From: a virus
Strand: one strand, 5' to 3'
DNA length: 64,000 nucleotides
IMG/VR virus record: IMGVR_UViG_3300020046_001459
Span: 3,750-67,749 of that record
Below are positions 21,801-33,600 of the stretch, piece by piece. Within the stretch, counting starts at the first letter, position 1; every line of letters begins with the position of its first letter. Position numbers and translations under genes: made by a program. The notes under the pieces were generated by a model that searched no databases, had not been told where the DNA came from, and saw nothing but the letters and a program-made list of their open reading frames with translations.

Positions 21801-24800
21801 TCTATTGAGATTGATCAGCTTACATATGAAGAGGCTGTAGAACTTTTTGCAATAAATCAAGATGAAGAATTAACTGAGGAAGAATTTGAAGCATACAAGA
21901 TCTCTTATAAAGAGATAAAAGACTTACGTAAAGCATTAACACTTTACTATGAGTCTACTAAGAAGAAAGATGAAGAGCACATGGAGGTTCCATCTAAGAT
22001 GTATGATGTAGCTCCATTATGGGCTCTTGATTATATTCAAGATGGTGCTGTAGAATATCCTGCTATAAGTACTATAGAAGGTGCTAAAGATACTGATGGT
22101 AAATATGTTATTTATCAAGGTGGTACTGTGCAGAAATTTTTGATTGGTACTGATACTAAAGTTGGAGATATAAATACCGTACCTAATGGTAGTGGTGTTT
22201 ATCTTCAAGTTACTTTGCCAGATGGCTCTAAGAAATGGATGCCTATTAAATCTGCTAAAGTTAAACCTGCTACTAAAGTATGGGAAAGAATTCAGAATGC
22301 TGCTGCAGAATTAGCTAAAATACCAGCAGGTAATAAAGAGGAAGCATACCAAGTTATTAAAGATTTATCTTTGTATGCCGCAGGTAGAGGTAAGTTGGAT
22401 TTTAGTTATGGTTGGAATTCTGATTTAAAAAAATACACATTACGTTTCAATGTTGGTAATGGTCTTGAAACTCCTAAGTCTATTGACTTATCAGAAGGTG
22501 TTTCTAAGACTGATAAAGCTACTATGCTTGAGAAGGATTTAAATTTCCTTATTAATCGTATTAACTATCATGCTAATAAGAGAGGAATATCTACTACTAT
22601 AGACGAAAATTCTTTTAGAGAAGATACCCCTATAGAACCATCTAATAAACCTATTGTAGGTAATTTTGTAGCTACTGCTACTGGATTTACACCTACTAAT
22701 ATTAAGATATATCCAGCTGATTTAGCTGTTAAAGAAGCTCCTGTTGTTGTATATAAGAAAAAAAGCACACCTACTAAAACAGAAAAAGCAGATGTTAAAC
22801 CTGAGCCTAAAACTAAGGTAGATGGACTTATAGAAGAAGATAAGAAATTTAAAGATAAGGGAATTACTAGAAAAAGAAAAGGTAAAAATGGTGCTGCAAA
22901 AACAGGTAGTACTACAAAAACCCCTATTGATCTACAGAAAGCCTTAGACTATTTAAAAGGTATATTACCTGCAGGTATTAAAGTTGAGATGTCCCATGTA
23001 GCTGAAAAGCTATCTAATGGTGATATGTTATGGGGATTCTTTAGTGATTCAGTATTGAAGCTTAACGCCTTAGCTGAAGCTGGAACTGAATTCCATGAAG
23101 CTTTTCATGCTGTATTTAGATCTGTATTATCTGATAAACAGATAGATACTTATTTATCAGTGGCTAAAAAAGAAATGAATCTTTCTGAAGCTCAGTTAGA
23201 GGCACGTAAAAATGAATTACGCTCTTTATATGATGAGATTAGTGAGAAAGAATTAGAAGATTTAGTTTATGAGGAATACTTAGCAGATAAATTCCAAGCT
23301 TGGAAAAAGGATAAAGCAACTCCTACTGCTGTAGTAAACAAAGGATTATTTAGAAGATTATTAGATTTTGCTAAAGAATTCTTAGGTATTAAATCTAAGG
23401 TAGATAGTTTATTTGAGCGTATAGATACTGGATATTATGCCGGTAAAGATGCTGTTATAAACAGATTTACAGATACAGATCAAGCAGCATATAAATCATT
23501 ACCAGGTAAAACAATAGCACAATCTAAAGATATTATTGTTACTGTTGCTGCAAAAGCTGCAGAAACTGCATTCAAAGAAAAGTCTAAAAAACCTGATATT
23601 ACCAGAGCTCTAGATGAATATATACAAGGTTATTCTTCAGAAGCTAACGTGGATGAGAAGAAAGCTGTACGTGCTTTACTACAAGAAGAGTATGAATACT
23701 TAACACATCCTGAGATCTATAAACAGATATTTACTGAAGTAAATAATATTACTAAGCGTTATAAGTATGATGCCATGACTGACTCTTTTCTTGAAATGGA
23801 AGAGTCTGAGGGCGGTGCTGAGAATTGGCAATTTGATCACTTTGAAGTAGGTGGTGTGGATATGTTAGATTCTGATATAAGATCTTTCCTAGCCTTAACC
23901 TTATATGAAACTAAGGATGAGTATGGACGTACTATTCAGAAAGCTATCAATTTAGATACTGTATATAATGCAATTATTACCAACTTAATTGATGTACACC
24001 CTTCTGAATTTTTATCTAGATTAAAAGTACTTAGTAAGTATAATCCTGAAGTTAGGGCTGTGGTTGCTAAGATTGAAGCTAAGACTAAAGATAGAGGACT
24101 TGTTGGAGAACAACTATTAAAGAAAATTCAGAAGTCATTTGAGCGTACTAAAATGAATTACTTAACCATACGTTCTGTAACTAATGGTACCTCAAATATA
24201 TTTAACTCTAACTATAAGTCTCCTGAAAAGAAACTATTCAATAATTGGTCTAACAACTATATACACAATATTTTAGGTAAATTAAGTTCTGATACTAAGT
24301 TTAAGAAGGAAGTTATTAAGAAGTTATTAGATATTCAAAAAGCTATTAATAATGATACTTCTACAGTAGGTGTTAAAAAAATACCTTTAAAAGAAGCTAT
24401 TATTAGCACATTAAATGAATTAGGTATAGATATTACCGAAGGTACAGTAGATTTATTCTTTACTCCTAATACGGATAACTCGTTAGATGCTATTAGAGAA
24501 CAATACAAAGATCTTGAGAAACCTATCGTAGGATTCTTTAGTCACCTTAGTAACTTAGTATCTAAAGGAGATCTTATCTATAAAGGAGCTCTTGAAACTA
24601 ATGATAAGGACTCTGTTGGTTATGTAAAGCAATTATTAAATTTAGCTATAGCAGATAAACATTTTAGAGCAGACTTATTTGAGTCATCTTTCCAAGACGC
24701 TAGAAATAAGAACAGATACTCTTTTATAATGCAGTCTTATTTATCAGACATGATTATAGAGTTACAGAAAGGGCTATCTTCTAAAACAGCTGTTGAAGAA

Positions 24801-27800
24801 AAACAAAAAGATCCTTACTTTGCTAAATCACCGTTATTTAAATTATTCACACCTGCTGTTATTGCTGATACTTTCAGTAATATGCAATTGTTATTTACAG
24901 GAGATTTAATTGAGGTAGAAGAAAAAACCTTCGATGGTAAAAAATCCTTTACTAAAAATGAACGTGTAGATGGTGTTACTGCTAAGAATATCAAGGCTAA
25001 AGAATACTTGCTTATGCAGTTATTATTATTTAGTGATCAACAAAAAAACACACAGACAGGATTAAACACAGCTAAGTATGTTGTAGGTGTAGAAGAGTCT
25101 AAATCTCAGATCTACGCTGTAGACTTACCTGTACTAACAGGAGTTGTTACAGAAGCAGGTATGATCAATGGGGATGGTGCTCTGCAAATATTTAATACTA
25201 TATTCTCTCAAGAAATTGATAGGTTAATAAATGGTATTCCTTCTAAAAAGAAGGGGTTTGCTTATTTTAATGACTTTAATAATAGAGAGAAATATAAAGC
25301 TTTACATGATACCTTTGAAGGAGAATATAATACAAAAGGAGAGCTTGTAAAAATTAATAGGATTGCTAATAATGATACTTTTAAAGCAGAGGCTTTGAAA
25401 GCTATTACACAAACTGTTAATGAAGAAATAACAGATGTATTATCTATGGCTAATGAATATCAATTAGCTGATAGAACTAAGAATGGTGTTGAGACCTATG
25501 GTACTTTCGATAAGTTAGTAGGTTCTGCTGTAGTTAATGACTTTTTAATGTCTTCCTCAATAGATCAACTTGTTGATGGAGATTTATCACAATATAAAGA
25601 TGTCGATGATAAATTTAAGCGTAATGGCGGTAGAAATGCAGCTGGTATAAACAGATCTGGTAGTGAGATTAATGTTGCTTATACTACTGAGTCTAAAGAA
25701 ACTAAGAAAGATTCTATCTCAGGAGATGCTGAAATAAATGTAGATGATGCTCAAGTATATTCTTCTGTACAAGATAGGATAAATATGTTAAGTGATTTTG
25801 GTAGATTAACACCAGAAATAGAAGATATTCTTAATCGTATAGATAATCCTCCTATTGTTAATGGTGTACCTCAGTTTATTACAGAAGAAGAAGCTAGTAA
25901 GGTAGACTTAGTTGCTGCTAAGTTAGTTACCTATGGTAAAGATAATGCTGGTAATTTAATTTACCACAAGATGTCTGTATTCCCTTTAACTAAACAATTT
26001 ACGTCAAGATATGATGCTAAGTCTGAACGCTGGGTAGCTTTACCAGGAAGAGAAAAACTACACAATAAGAGGGAGTGGATGGAGAAACATAATATTCATC
26101 AACTGATACCATTATCAGCTTCTAAATTAACTAGTCCTGATAATATTATTAAGCATGAAAGCTTCAATAGTTCTGATTTTGATGTGAATAATCATTTTGG
26201 GTATAAAGATAAAGATGGTAATCTTAAATCTTACGCAAAATATAATGGTAAATTCCAACGTTTACAAGTAGAGAATGATTCTGGTTCTACAGAGATTGTT
26301 AATGGTACTCAAAAAATACAGTTGATTACTGCTGGTCTTGACATGACTAAAGATAGTAATGTCAATGATGTTAAAAAGTATTATGAATTGTTAGCTAAAC
26401 TACGTCAAACCTTATTTGATGATGCTTTAAGTATACTAAGTACATCAAAAGAAGGTAAAACAAGACGTAAGGATCTTAAAGTATTCATTAACAAATTGAT
26501 GAATAATGCTGCTTCTAGTGGTTCTAGTTTTATTATGGAACAATTCTTAGCTGAAGAAGGCGGAGATTTTAAAAATGATCCTAACTTACCACACTTATTA
26601 AGTCAGTTTGAGAAGTATTTCTTAGCACACTTTAATAAAGGTGTTATGATTCAGAAAACTACTGGTAATAAACTTACATTAGTAAGTGCTGATGGTATTA
26701 AAGTACATCGTGATAATTATGGTAAAGTAATTTCTGCTGAGGAGTTAGCTGTTAATCCCAAGTTAGCTGTTAATCCGGCTGAAGATTTACGTATCCATAA
26801 AATGGAAAATGGTAAGTTACAGTATGCTGAGGTTATGATGACTAGACGTTCTGCTGAACTACTAGGACTTAAACCTGGTGATAGTCTAACTGCAGAAGAA
26901 GTTAAGATCATGTTGGGTACTCGTATCCCATCACAGTCTCAACACTCTATGATGCCATTTAAAGTTGTAGATTTCTTACCTGACTACTATGGTGATAGCA
27001 TAATAGGCCCTAAAGAATTAGTATGGTTATCAGGAGCTGACTTTGATATTGATAAGTTGTATGTCTATAGAAAAGGTACCTACAGAAATAAAAAAGGTGA
27101 CCTTGTTATTTTTGGTAAGGGTAATGCTTTTGAAGAATACACATTATCTAAAAAAAATACTAAGGTATTTAAAGATACCTTGGAGAAGATGGTTTTAGAG
27201 AATCCTACTTTCCCTGAATATAAGGATTTACTAGATAGACGTAATGCTATTTATGCTTCTTTAGAAGAAAACTTAGCTAAATCTAAAAAAGAAGACCAGC
27301 GTGCTTTATTGAGAGGTATTAAAAATTTAAAAAACTTAATTAAAATTAATGCTATTAATTCTAAAGAAGACGAAGATCATCCTTTAGTACAAGAAAGAAG
27401 AAAAGCTCAACTTTTATTTGACTCTATTAAAGATGATTTAGATAAATATACTACTGCTGCTGGCGGTGGTATGTCATTATCTAGTATTAATGATCGTATA
27501 ACTCAATTTGAAGAAGCTTATGAATTAGATGCTATGGAAGAACTTGGTTTTATTACTTCTAGTACTGAATCAGTTCCACCCGCAGCTGAGACTTTACAAA
27601 ATCAATTATTAGACTTAGAATTATCTCTATTAGATAGACCAGAACTAGAGGAGTCCTTAAAGACACCTGCTAGTGTAGACACTCTTAAAACCATTGCTAA
27701 CACTCTAACTAAAGTAGGTGGAGCTAAGTTAAATAAAGCAAGGTTATCTTTAGGATTATTATCTAAATTTATTGGTAAGAAGAATATTGATATTGGTAAA

Positions 27801-30125
27801 GAAAATATTGGTATTGCTGCTAATGGCAACATAGCCAATGCTTGGTTAACTACTAATAGAATCCACTTAAAAGATGAATTTGCTATTAATCTAGACGGTA
27901 AAAACTATGGTAGTTTTGAGTTTGTTAATGAAGAAGATATGGTGTTGAATGAAGATGGTACTTTGAATAAAGAACTTATTCGTAAACCTAAATCTGATAC
28001 TATTTCTACTGAACTATCGGCTGCTACAGATAACGCCAAAGAACAATTAGCATCATTAGTTAATCGTGCTAGTGATATTTTAAATGGGGTGTTAGTTTGG
28101 CAATCTTTAGGATTAGGGCAGACACGTACTACTATTATGGCTGTACAACCTATCATGGTTGAACTTACAGAAAAGATAGAGTTAACTAAATCTAATATTG
28201 ATAAGAAATCCCTTAAGATAGGTACATCAATGGTTCCTAGAGCTAAAGATGTTGCTGGAGCGCTTATGGAAGATCTTATGCAAAAATTCTATGCTGCTGC
28301 TGAAAAAGAAATGGAAGCAGCTAATATAAAAGGTACTCGTGAGGATATTAAGGAACCTCAGTATTCTTTAAACACTGAACAGTTACTAGAAATTTATAAG
28401 AAAGGTAAAGCTGAAACTTCTGACGAAATTCTACAGCAAATAGCTGTATTAGGTGCATATATCAAAGCTATGGAAGTTAATGATGCTAACACTAAATTAT
28501 TATCTTTATTAAAAGTTAATAAGGGAGTAGGATCTGAACTAACCAATCTTGAAACCATAGCTGAAAATTATGAGGCTTTACAAGATTCTGCACAAATACC
28601 TTATGGTCAAAGTTTTGTAAACGCACTTAGAACACATCCTAATATTAAAGTAAATAAGGATATGGCTAGAACTATAAAGAATATAGCGTCTGAATTTTTT
28701 ATTCGTGAGACTGGTGGTTATAAAATTTTTCAAAATAGATTTGGTAAGTTATTTGGAAATAGAAATTTTAGAGAAAAACAAAAGGCTGTTAAGGACTTTT
28801 TAACATTCCTAAATTTACGTATCTATGAGAAAACCCTACGTGAAGATTATGGTGATGACAGTTTTAGATTAGATGAATTGAATAAATTAGCTTACTCTGG
28901 TATAGAGGAAGGTAGTGTTTCTATTATAGCTGACTTTAATGCTTTATTAAAAACTGATTCAGTACTAGAAGTAATAGCATCTAATTCAAAGAAAGAATTT
29001 GCAAAGAATGATTTAGTTAAGTGGTTAACTGTAAAACCAGCAGATTCTAACTATAGAAGAATAGACTTATTAACTGTTGATACCCGTGCTAAACTGTCTA
29101 ATGATGTATTAGAAAAGTTTAACCAATCATTAAATGATCTTTATAACTCTTCTAACGCGGATATAAAACAATTTGCACAGGATGTATTTGATTATTTAGT
29201 TGTAGAAGGTAATCTAAAGTTTACTAACGAAAGTTTAATTAAGTTTATAGGACCAGAATTCTTCTTAAGTATATCTAAGAAGTTGAAAGAAGTTACTAAA
29301 CTCTTTGGTACTGTTGGTCCTAAAGAACTTTCTGTTGAGGATAAAACTTTTAATGCTAAGTTACAAACTGCTACTGGTTATACCTTTTCAGAGCTAGTTA
29401 ATATGTATACAGAGTTATATGCACGTAGTACTAAAAATGCTAAGAATTTAATAAATGTACACGGTAAAGATTTTAAAGAATCCTTTACAGTAACTTTGAA
29501 TAAAGATGTATTGTCTGTTGATTTAATTGATGTTGAAAAAGCAAACCAACAATCTTTTATGGAGGGTATTGTAGAAGATAAGACTGTTGTAGGATTAAAG
29601 TTCCCTGCCTTTTTAGGTGTAGTTGGTAAAAATCAAATGATGGAGGATTATCATGATGTTTATAAACTGACTGAAAGTACAGACTTCAAAGCTGTATATA
29701 CAAGAGTTGATAAATTTTATGACTTACATAACCCTATGTTACATCTATCTCCAGAGGAGGCCACTAAGTTATCTCAATACCTAGCTAGTAAAAAAGGTAG
29801 TTTTAATGGGGCTTATTCTGATAATGTAGAGTATACTCAAGAAGATTTAGATTTTGCTAACGCACAATTTCAGAGAGCTAAACCAGAATATGCTTATGAA
29901 CCTGGTAGTAATATAGAAAATGCACCTGATTTAGATGATGAGAATTTACCTGGTACTATACCTGCTTCTTTAGTATCTAGAATAGAAACTATAGGTGAAG
30001 AAGAATATGAGGTACCATTAAGATACTGGGAAGCTGCAGATGCTGAAGCTGAGCGCCAACAAGGTAAGACCCCAGATGTAGATGATAATAATTTACCAGA
30101 TATTAAAGATCCAAACTGTGATTAA
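18888..30125 (+). CDS. giant protein (3745 aa) with RNA-polymerase-like DxDxD catalytic-loop motif; candidate virion-packaged RNA polymerase as in crAss-like phages
   Basis: Single uninterrupted ORF; motif WLSGADFDIDKLYVY (DFDID) ~residue 2720 resembles the NADFDGD loop of the RNA polymerase double-psi beta-barrel; highly basic K-rich linker near residue 1290. Confidence 0.7.
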   Translation: MGKKEKFSGIPQEAINQPIQLDPALFKQKSEFIGSSQNKDFGESKLDTNVPVSMVESGDYKYLRGQKQSNLDKAAHGIIRGVGAAAQTLADGTVGIGYGLMKYSSDVATDELNKAKYKAEHGTLEGFKPSSWTAIFDNEVTRKGEELVKDLEGEVPLYNTKEYEEASGIEKLKYMNFWMDDVVKGIGTTVGSMPLGAMGSKLFNAIGKNFVAGKLANGVKTALTGTENLEKVLVDQAKKIKIYNATDKLTASAFASVSEAGMEARGTGDKLREQLLSEISANGTRQPTQAELDWVEMTVDDAKKAAFGTNMAIISGTDFFTFGKYMVSNKSAKYLDDIEKLSSKTNVNAGKYINKVSKEGSTLGTDYVATELSKSKKILDAVTKATKRVIGTNLGEGIEENLQTATDWGVIDFAKQKYYGKQDAESFLHSLGAAYEGATSSEGVEAFLAGFISGGISNTILSKGQNIKEAFSKDPVVNNALSQINLYNSQSVMGELMKGVAEQYAAGVRMDNAKSDTFTFNNAQSDLATSYVLSRIKTGKFEDLQTDLDELKSMPSDEVEKLFGVKIGEGGKRSVVDYIQGKMEQAKQIKQIHDASYVVFPEGTVSDNNRDRLIHANVSILDSQKRIDSVNKDILEKTTGLSENYSENGQVSTVNLSHFTKSDGTVVNYNQLSGKERSAVSGEIVARLENSSIAPVEIPGIFNQLHDLDRLKVRHDAYKDIYNSLLNPVEAAKLDKEDAAIEKEIVQENAAKKLQEENPIVTKTTESKSAALAAAQKEATENGNIDVNTEDFADPNIKKANTIIDKIGESQIDNPMFDASGNFNPDAEDPGKKTYDNSKKPLTVHKEVLSGKDTFNRIHVNKHDAPNVKVNELRKALSNIFKLPKSEWNKYIKIDLTNYWSTRNTSSDQIHTNKSNSPFNTKGNQDIDTKIIIIDPATGKIVDDFHNIKYHNMLTPKKEMVIGTKTYKPGESIEIDQLTYEEAVELFAINQDEELTEEEFEAYKISYKEIKDLRKALTLYYESTKKKDEEHMEVPSKMYDVAPLWALDYIQDGAVEYPAISTIEGAKDTDGKYVIYQGGTVQKFLIGTDTKVGDINTVPNGSGVYLQVTLPDGSKKWMPIKSAKVKPATKVWERIQNAAAELAKIPAGNKEEAYQVIKDLSLYAAGRGKLDFSYGWNSDLKKYTLRFNVGNGLETPKSIDLSEGVSKTDKATMLEKDLNFLINRINYHANKRGISTTIDENSFREDTPIEPSNKPIVGNFVATATGFTPTNIKIYPADLAVKEAPVVVYKKKSTPTKTEKADVKPEPKTKVDGLIEEDKKFKDKGITRKRKGKNGAAKTGSTTKTPIDLQKALDYLKGILPAGIKVEMSHVAEKLSNGDMLWGFFSDSVLKLNALAEAGTEFHEAFHAVFRSVLSDKQIDTYLSVAKKEMNLSEAQLEARKNELRSLYDEISEKELEDLVYEEYLADKFQAWKKDKATPTAVVNKGLFRRLLDFAKEFLGIKSKVDSLFERIDTGYYAGKDAVINRFTDTDQAAYKSLPGKTIAQSKDIIVTVAAKAAETAFKEKSKKPDITRALDEYIQGYSSEANVDEKKAVRALLQEEYEYLTHPEIYKQIFTEVNNITKRYKYDAMTDSFLEMEESEGGAENWQFDHFEVGGVDMLDSDIRSFLALTLYETKDEYGRTIQKAINLDTVYNAIITNLIDVHPSEFLSRLKVLSKYNPEVRAVVAKIEAKTKDRGLVGEQLLKKIQKSFERTKMNYLTIRSVTNGTSNIFNSNYKSPEKKLFNNWSNNYIHNILGKLSSDTKFKKEVIKKLLDIQKAINNDTSTVGVKKIPLKEAIISTLNELGIDITEGTVDLFFTPNTDNSLDAIREQYKDLEKPIVGFFSHLSNLVSKGDLIYKGALETNDKDSVGYVKQLLNLAIADKHFRADLFESSFQDARNKNRYSFIMQSYLSDMIIELQKGLSSKTAVEEKQKDPYFAKSPLFKLFTPAVIADTFSNMQLLFTGDLIEVEEKTFDGKKSFTKNERVDGVTAKNIKAKEYLLMQLLLFSDQQKNTQTGLNTAKYVVGVEESKSQIYAVDLPVLTGVVTEAGMINGDGALQIFNTIFSQEIDRLINGIPSKKKGFAYFNDFNNREKYKALHDTFEGEYNTKGELVKINRIANNDTFKAEALKAITQTVNEEITDVLSMANEYQLADRTKNGVETYGTFDKLVGSAVVNDFLMSSSIDQLVDGDLSQYKDVDDKFKRNGGRNAAGINRSGSEINVAYTTESKETKKDSISGDAEINVDDAQVYSSVQDRINMLSDFGRLTPEIEDILNRIDNPPIVNGVPQFITEEEASKVDLVAAKLVTYGKDNAGNLIYHKMSVFPLTKQFTSRYDAKSERWVALPGREKLHNKREWMEKHNIHQLIPLSASKLTSPDNIIKHESFNSSDFDVNNHFGYKDKDGNLKSYAKYNGKFQRLQVENDSGSTEIVNGTQKIQLITAGLDMTKDSNVNDVKKYYELLAKLRQTLFDDALSILSTSKEGKTRRKDLKVFINKLMNNAASSGSSFIMEQFLAEEGGDFKNDPNLPHLLSQFEKYFLAHFNKGVMIQKTTGNKLTLVSADGIKVHRDNYGKVISAEELAVNPKLAVNPAEDLRIHKMENGKLQYAEVMMTRRSAELLGLKPGDSLTAEEVKIMLGTRIPSQSQHSMMPFKVVDFLPDYYGDSIIGPKELVWLSGADFDIDKLYVYRKGTYRNKKGDLVIFGKGNAFEEYTLSKKNTKVFKDTLEKMVLENPTFPEYKDLLDRRNAIYASLEENLAKSKKEDQRALLRGIKNLKNLIKINAINSKEDEDHPLVQERRKAQLLFDSIKDDLDKYTTAAGGGMSLSSINDRITQFEEAYELDAMEELGFITSSTESVPPAAETLQNQLLDLELSLLDRPELEESLKTPASVDTLKTIANTLTKVGGAKLNKARLSLGLLSKFIGKKNIDIGKENIGIAANGNIANAWLTTNRIHLKDEFAINLDGKNYGSFEFVNEEDMVLNEDGTLNKELIRKPKSDTISTELSAATDNAKEQLASLVNRASDILNGVLVWQSLGLGQTRTTIMAVQPIMVELTEKIELTKSNIDKKSLKIGTSMVPRAKDVAGALMEDLMQKFYAAAEKEMEAANIKGTREDIKEPQYSLNTEQLLEIYKKGKAETSDEILQQIAVLGAYIKAMEVNDANTKLLSLLKVNKGVGSELTNLETIAENYEALQDSAQIPYGQSFVNALRTHPNIKVNKDMARTIKNIASEFFIRETGGYKIFQNRFGKLFGNRNFREKQKAVKDFLTFLNLRIYEKTLREDYGDDSFRLDELNKLAYSGIEEGSVSIIADFNALLKTDSVLEVIASNSKKEFAKNDLVKWLTVKPADSNYRRIDLLTVDTRAKLSNDVLEKFNQSLNDLYNSSNADIKQFAQDVFDYLVVEGNLKFTNESLIKFIGPEFFLSISKKLKEVTKLFGTVGPKELSVEDKTFNAKLQTATGYTFSELVNMYTELYARSTKNAKNLINVHGKDFKESFTVTLNKDVLSVDLIDVEKANQQSFMEGIVEDKTVVGLKFPAFLGVVGKNQMMEDYHDVYKLTESTDFKAVYTRVDKFYDLHNPMLHLSPEEATKLSQYLASKKGSFNGAYSDNVEYTQEDLDFANAQFQRAKPEYAYEPGSNIENAPDLDDENLPGTIPASLVSRIETIGEEEYEVPLRYWEAADAEAERQQGKTPDVDDNNLPDIKDPNCD
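26744..26776 (+). repeat. in-frame tandem duplication (15-bp exact repeat GTTAGCTGTTAATCC x2, period 18) inside giant gene
   Basis: Encodes LAVNPK LAVNPA. Confidence 0.6.
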
Positions 30126-30628
30126 TGAGTTGTAGAGTAAAATATGCGGAAGCAATAGCTGATAAAATAAGGGAAACTGTAGGTGTAGATCACAATACAG
30201 CAGAAGAGATTTACCCTGGTAAGATCCTTTTAAAGGTATCTCCTGAAAACCCTAAGTTAAAAAACAAACATAATGTTACTAAATGGGCCAAAAGACTAGC
30301 CGATAAGCTTAATACTATGTTTAATTCTAAGGATTATGGTACAGTAGCTACTATTGATGATAGGTACTTAAAAGGTACTATCATAAACTATAATATACCT
30401 ACTAAGCTAGTAGATGCCTATATAGACAAAAATGCCTATAAACCTGTGAAAAAAGCAGAAAGTTCTTCTGAAACTGGTTTATTATCAGAAAAAACACTAT
30501 CTTTATCAGAATTTCCACAAGAAATTATTGATACATATAAAGGTGATATTAGGACTTTATTAGATGATGATTCAATATCACTGGATCAATTTAAGAATTT
30601 TATAGAACATTTAAAAAATTGTAAATGA
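30125..30628 (+). CDS. hypothetical protein (167 aa)
   Basis: ATGA overlap with giant gene stop. Confidence 0.5.
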   Translation: MSCRVKYAEAIADKIRETVGVDHNTAEEIYPGKILLKVSPENPKLKNKHNVTKWAKRLADKLNTMFNSKDYGTVATIDDRYLKGTIINYNIPTKLVDAYIDKNAYKPVKKAESSSETGLLSEKTLSLSEFPQEIIDTYKGDIRTLLDDDSISLDQFKNFIEHLKNCK

Positions 30629-33600
30629 TAGCTTGTCCAAATAAATCAACTCCTGCATGGCAGAATTTAGTAAAGAAATATGGTGATACAAAAGCCATGT
30701 ATATGTATACTAAAAATGGAGAAGTTATACCCTCTTTAGAAGAAGCTGCTAAACTATTAAAGTTTAAGAGTATACGTGAACAAGTTTCTATCGGTATGAT
30801 TGAGACCTTAGTTAATAAGGCTAATAAAGTACGCGCTGCTAAAAAATTACCAAACATTGTTATTACTAGAAATAAATCTACTATCGGTAGCTTAGCTTCT
30901 TTTAATTCTTCTACAGGAGTATTAAATATAACCCCTAATATTAACCCATCTGTAATAGTAGATTATATGATGGGGAATGATATCAGTACTAGTTCTAAGC
31001 AGAAGAAAATCATGCTTGCTAAAATTGAAGCAGAAGAATTTTCTCTAGAAGAAATAAAATCTCTACTCCACAATGATGAAGACGCATTTAACTTTTTATT
31101 ATTTCATGAATTAAGTCATGTTATATATGAGGATAGCGCATCTTATCCTAAAGACAAAGAAGGTAACTTAGATCTTTTACATGAAAGAGCTATAGCTATA
31201 GAAACAAGAGCTACTATAGAAGCACTAAATAGTTTAAAAGCTATTAATAGTGATGAGGAAGTTTATAAAGCAGATGCTAAGAAGAAAGAAACTCCTGGTA
31301 ACTCTAATGAGAATAAAAATACTTCTATATGGGATTCTGTTACTAAGAGTATTGTAGATGTTTTAAAACTACGTAAAGAATATTTTGAAAGGTTTGAAGG
31401 TAGTGAAGGTTTTGACTTTGGTAAAAACTCTATTAACCGGATAGAAGCCCTGTTAGCTATGGCTAATAATACTACAGATCAAAAAGTTATGTTTAAACGT
31501 TTGTTAAACAATGCTACTATAGAACTTGATAAAGTACGTAAGTACCTTAACAACCCTGAGAAGAGAAATGATCCTAACTATTTAAGGAACATTATTGAAT
31601 TTAAAAAGTATATAGCAAGTTATCAAGGTTTAACAAGACCTGATCTAGCTTTTGATGATAAAACACGTAAGGATATTATTACTTTATCCTCTCAACTTGT
31701 AGAGCTAAAAACAGCTTTACCAGGACATATTCTAGATTCAGTTAAAGAGTTAGCCAGAGAGAAACTTTCTAAAGGAGCTTCTATGACTGATGAAGAACTT
31801 GATACTATGTTGAAACAAGGTTATGATATCTCTTTATCAGATATGGCATTTAGAGATTTATCTACTTCTACAGATAAGTTATTGGCATTAGTTGATAAAC
31901 TTTATAAAGATGCTGAACAGAAATCACTTGATAAGTTAGATACTTTTGAAAGTAAGGTTAAAGCCCTAGGTAGAAAGTTAGTATCTGTAGGTGTTACTAC
32001 TTATGACTGGATGTTTGAGAAAGATGGGGATAGAACTACTGGTAACTATATACGTAAAATATCTAAAGAATACTATAAGAAGTTATATGAATTAAAGGAC
32101 AAGATGTCTGATGATACTGGAGCTACACTTCAGTATAAACATATAACAGATACATCTAAAGCTTCTGTTGCTGATCTACAGTATAATAAGATGGTGAAGA
32201 GAGTTAAAGCTAACTTTGCTGATTTTATAACAGCTGAGAGGTTGGAAGAAGGTAACTTACTAGACGGTGATAATGTTAAGTATACAGATGAATTTAAAGC
32301 TGCTCGTGCTAAACATGAAGAGCATGTGGAAGTTGGTGAAAAGGGTTATAAAGAATGGGTTAAAAAAGCAAGTGTTTCTGCTGAAGAATATGAAAGGTAT
32401 AAATACAAGTATTTTACAGAGCCTAAATTAACCTTAAAGGCCATTCCTGAATTTAATAAAGTACTAAACAAGTATGAGTTTACAGGTAAAACAGATTACC
32501 GTACAGTTAGTTTTGTTAAGGCAGAATACACAGAAGTTAGAGAAGATAAGTGGGGAAATAAAGAATACCTTGCTTTAATGAATGATAACAGTGAATCAGG
32601 TAAGGCTAAACGTGACTTCTATAAGTTCTTTGCCCAACAAATGGAAGATCCTAAAGGATTATTATCTGCTCTACCTAAAGATGTACGTTCAGATATGAAA
32701 GGACGTATTCCTGTGGTTATTAAATCATTTAAAAAACAATTACTTAATTCTGATGCTGGTAAACTATCTGTACTAGGTAGAGCTATTAAAGGAATGTTTA
32801 ATGTTGAGGTGTTTGAGAAGAAAAGACAAACTGATGAACAAGGATTATTAGTTAGTGATGTTCCTATCTTCCATACCCAAAGACTACGTAATGAGAGAAC
32901 TATTGAGAGATTAAAAGATAAAATTGCTGATATAAAACAAGGTACTGATCAAACAGAATTAGAGAAGTACCAAAAAGCTCTTAAGATAGAGGAGTCTAAA
33001 CCTACAGCTTCTGAAATGGAAACAGATCTTGTAGATGTACTTTTAAATACAGCTAACATGGCTTATAACTATGAGGCTATGAAGAATATAGAATCTTCTG
33101 TATTGGCTATTAAAGATGTTATTGAGACTAAAAAATATTACCAGAAATCTGGTTCAGGAATTTTGAAAAACCAAAGTGGTGAACCTGCTCTAGTAGAGGG
33201 TAAAGACTCCTTAGCTGCTAAGCGTCTAAGTACTTGGATGAGAATGGTATTATATGATAACAGTGAGATGGATAATACTAAGATCGCTAAGTTCAGTAAG
33301 ACTGTTTTAAAGTATAACTCATTAAAAGGTATTGGATTAAACCCATTTTCTGCCATTAATAACTATGTGATGGCTAGGATAAATACATCTATTGAAGCTG
33401 CTGGTGGGAAATTTTTTCAGCAGTCTTCAGGGAATAAAGCAACTGCCTTATTTAACACTGAATTTCTGCCTAATATATTTAAAGAGATTAATCAATCTAA
33501 GTACGCTGAGAAGAAAGCATCTAGTAAATATAAAGCAGTAGTAGATTACTTTAGATTTATCAAACATCAAGCATCTATAGACGGTAGAACCTCTAATGGT

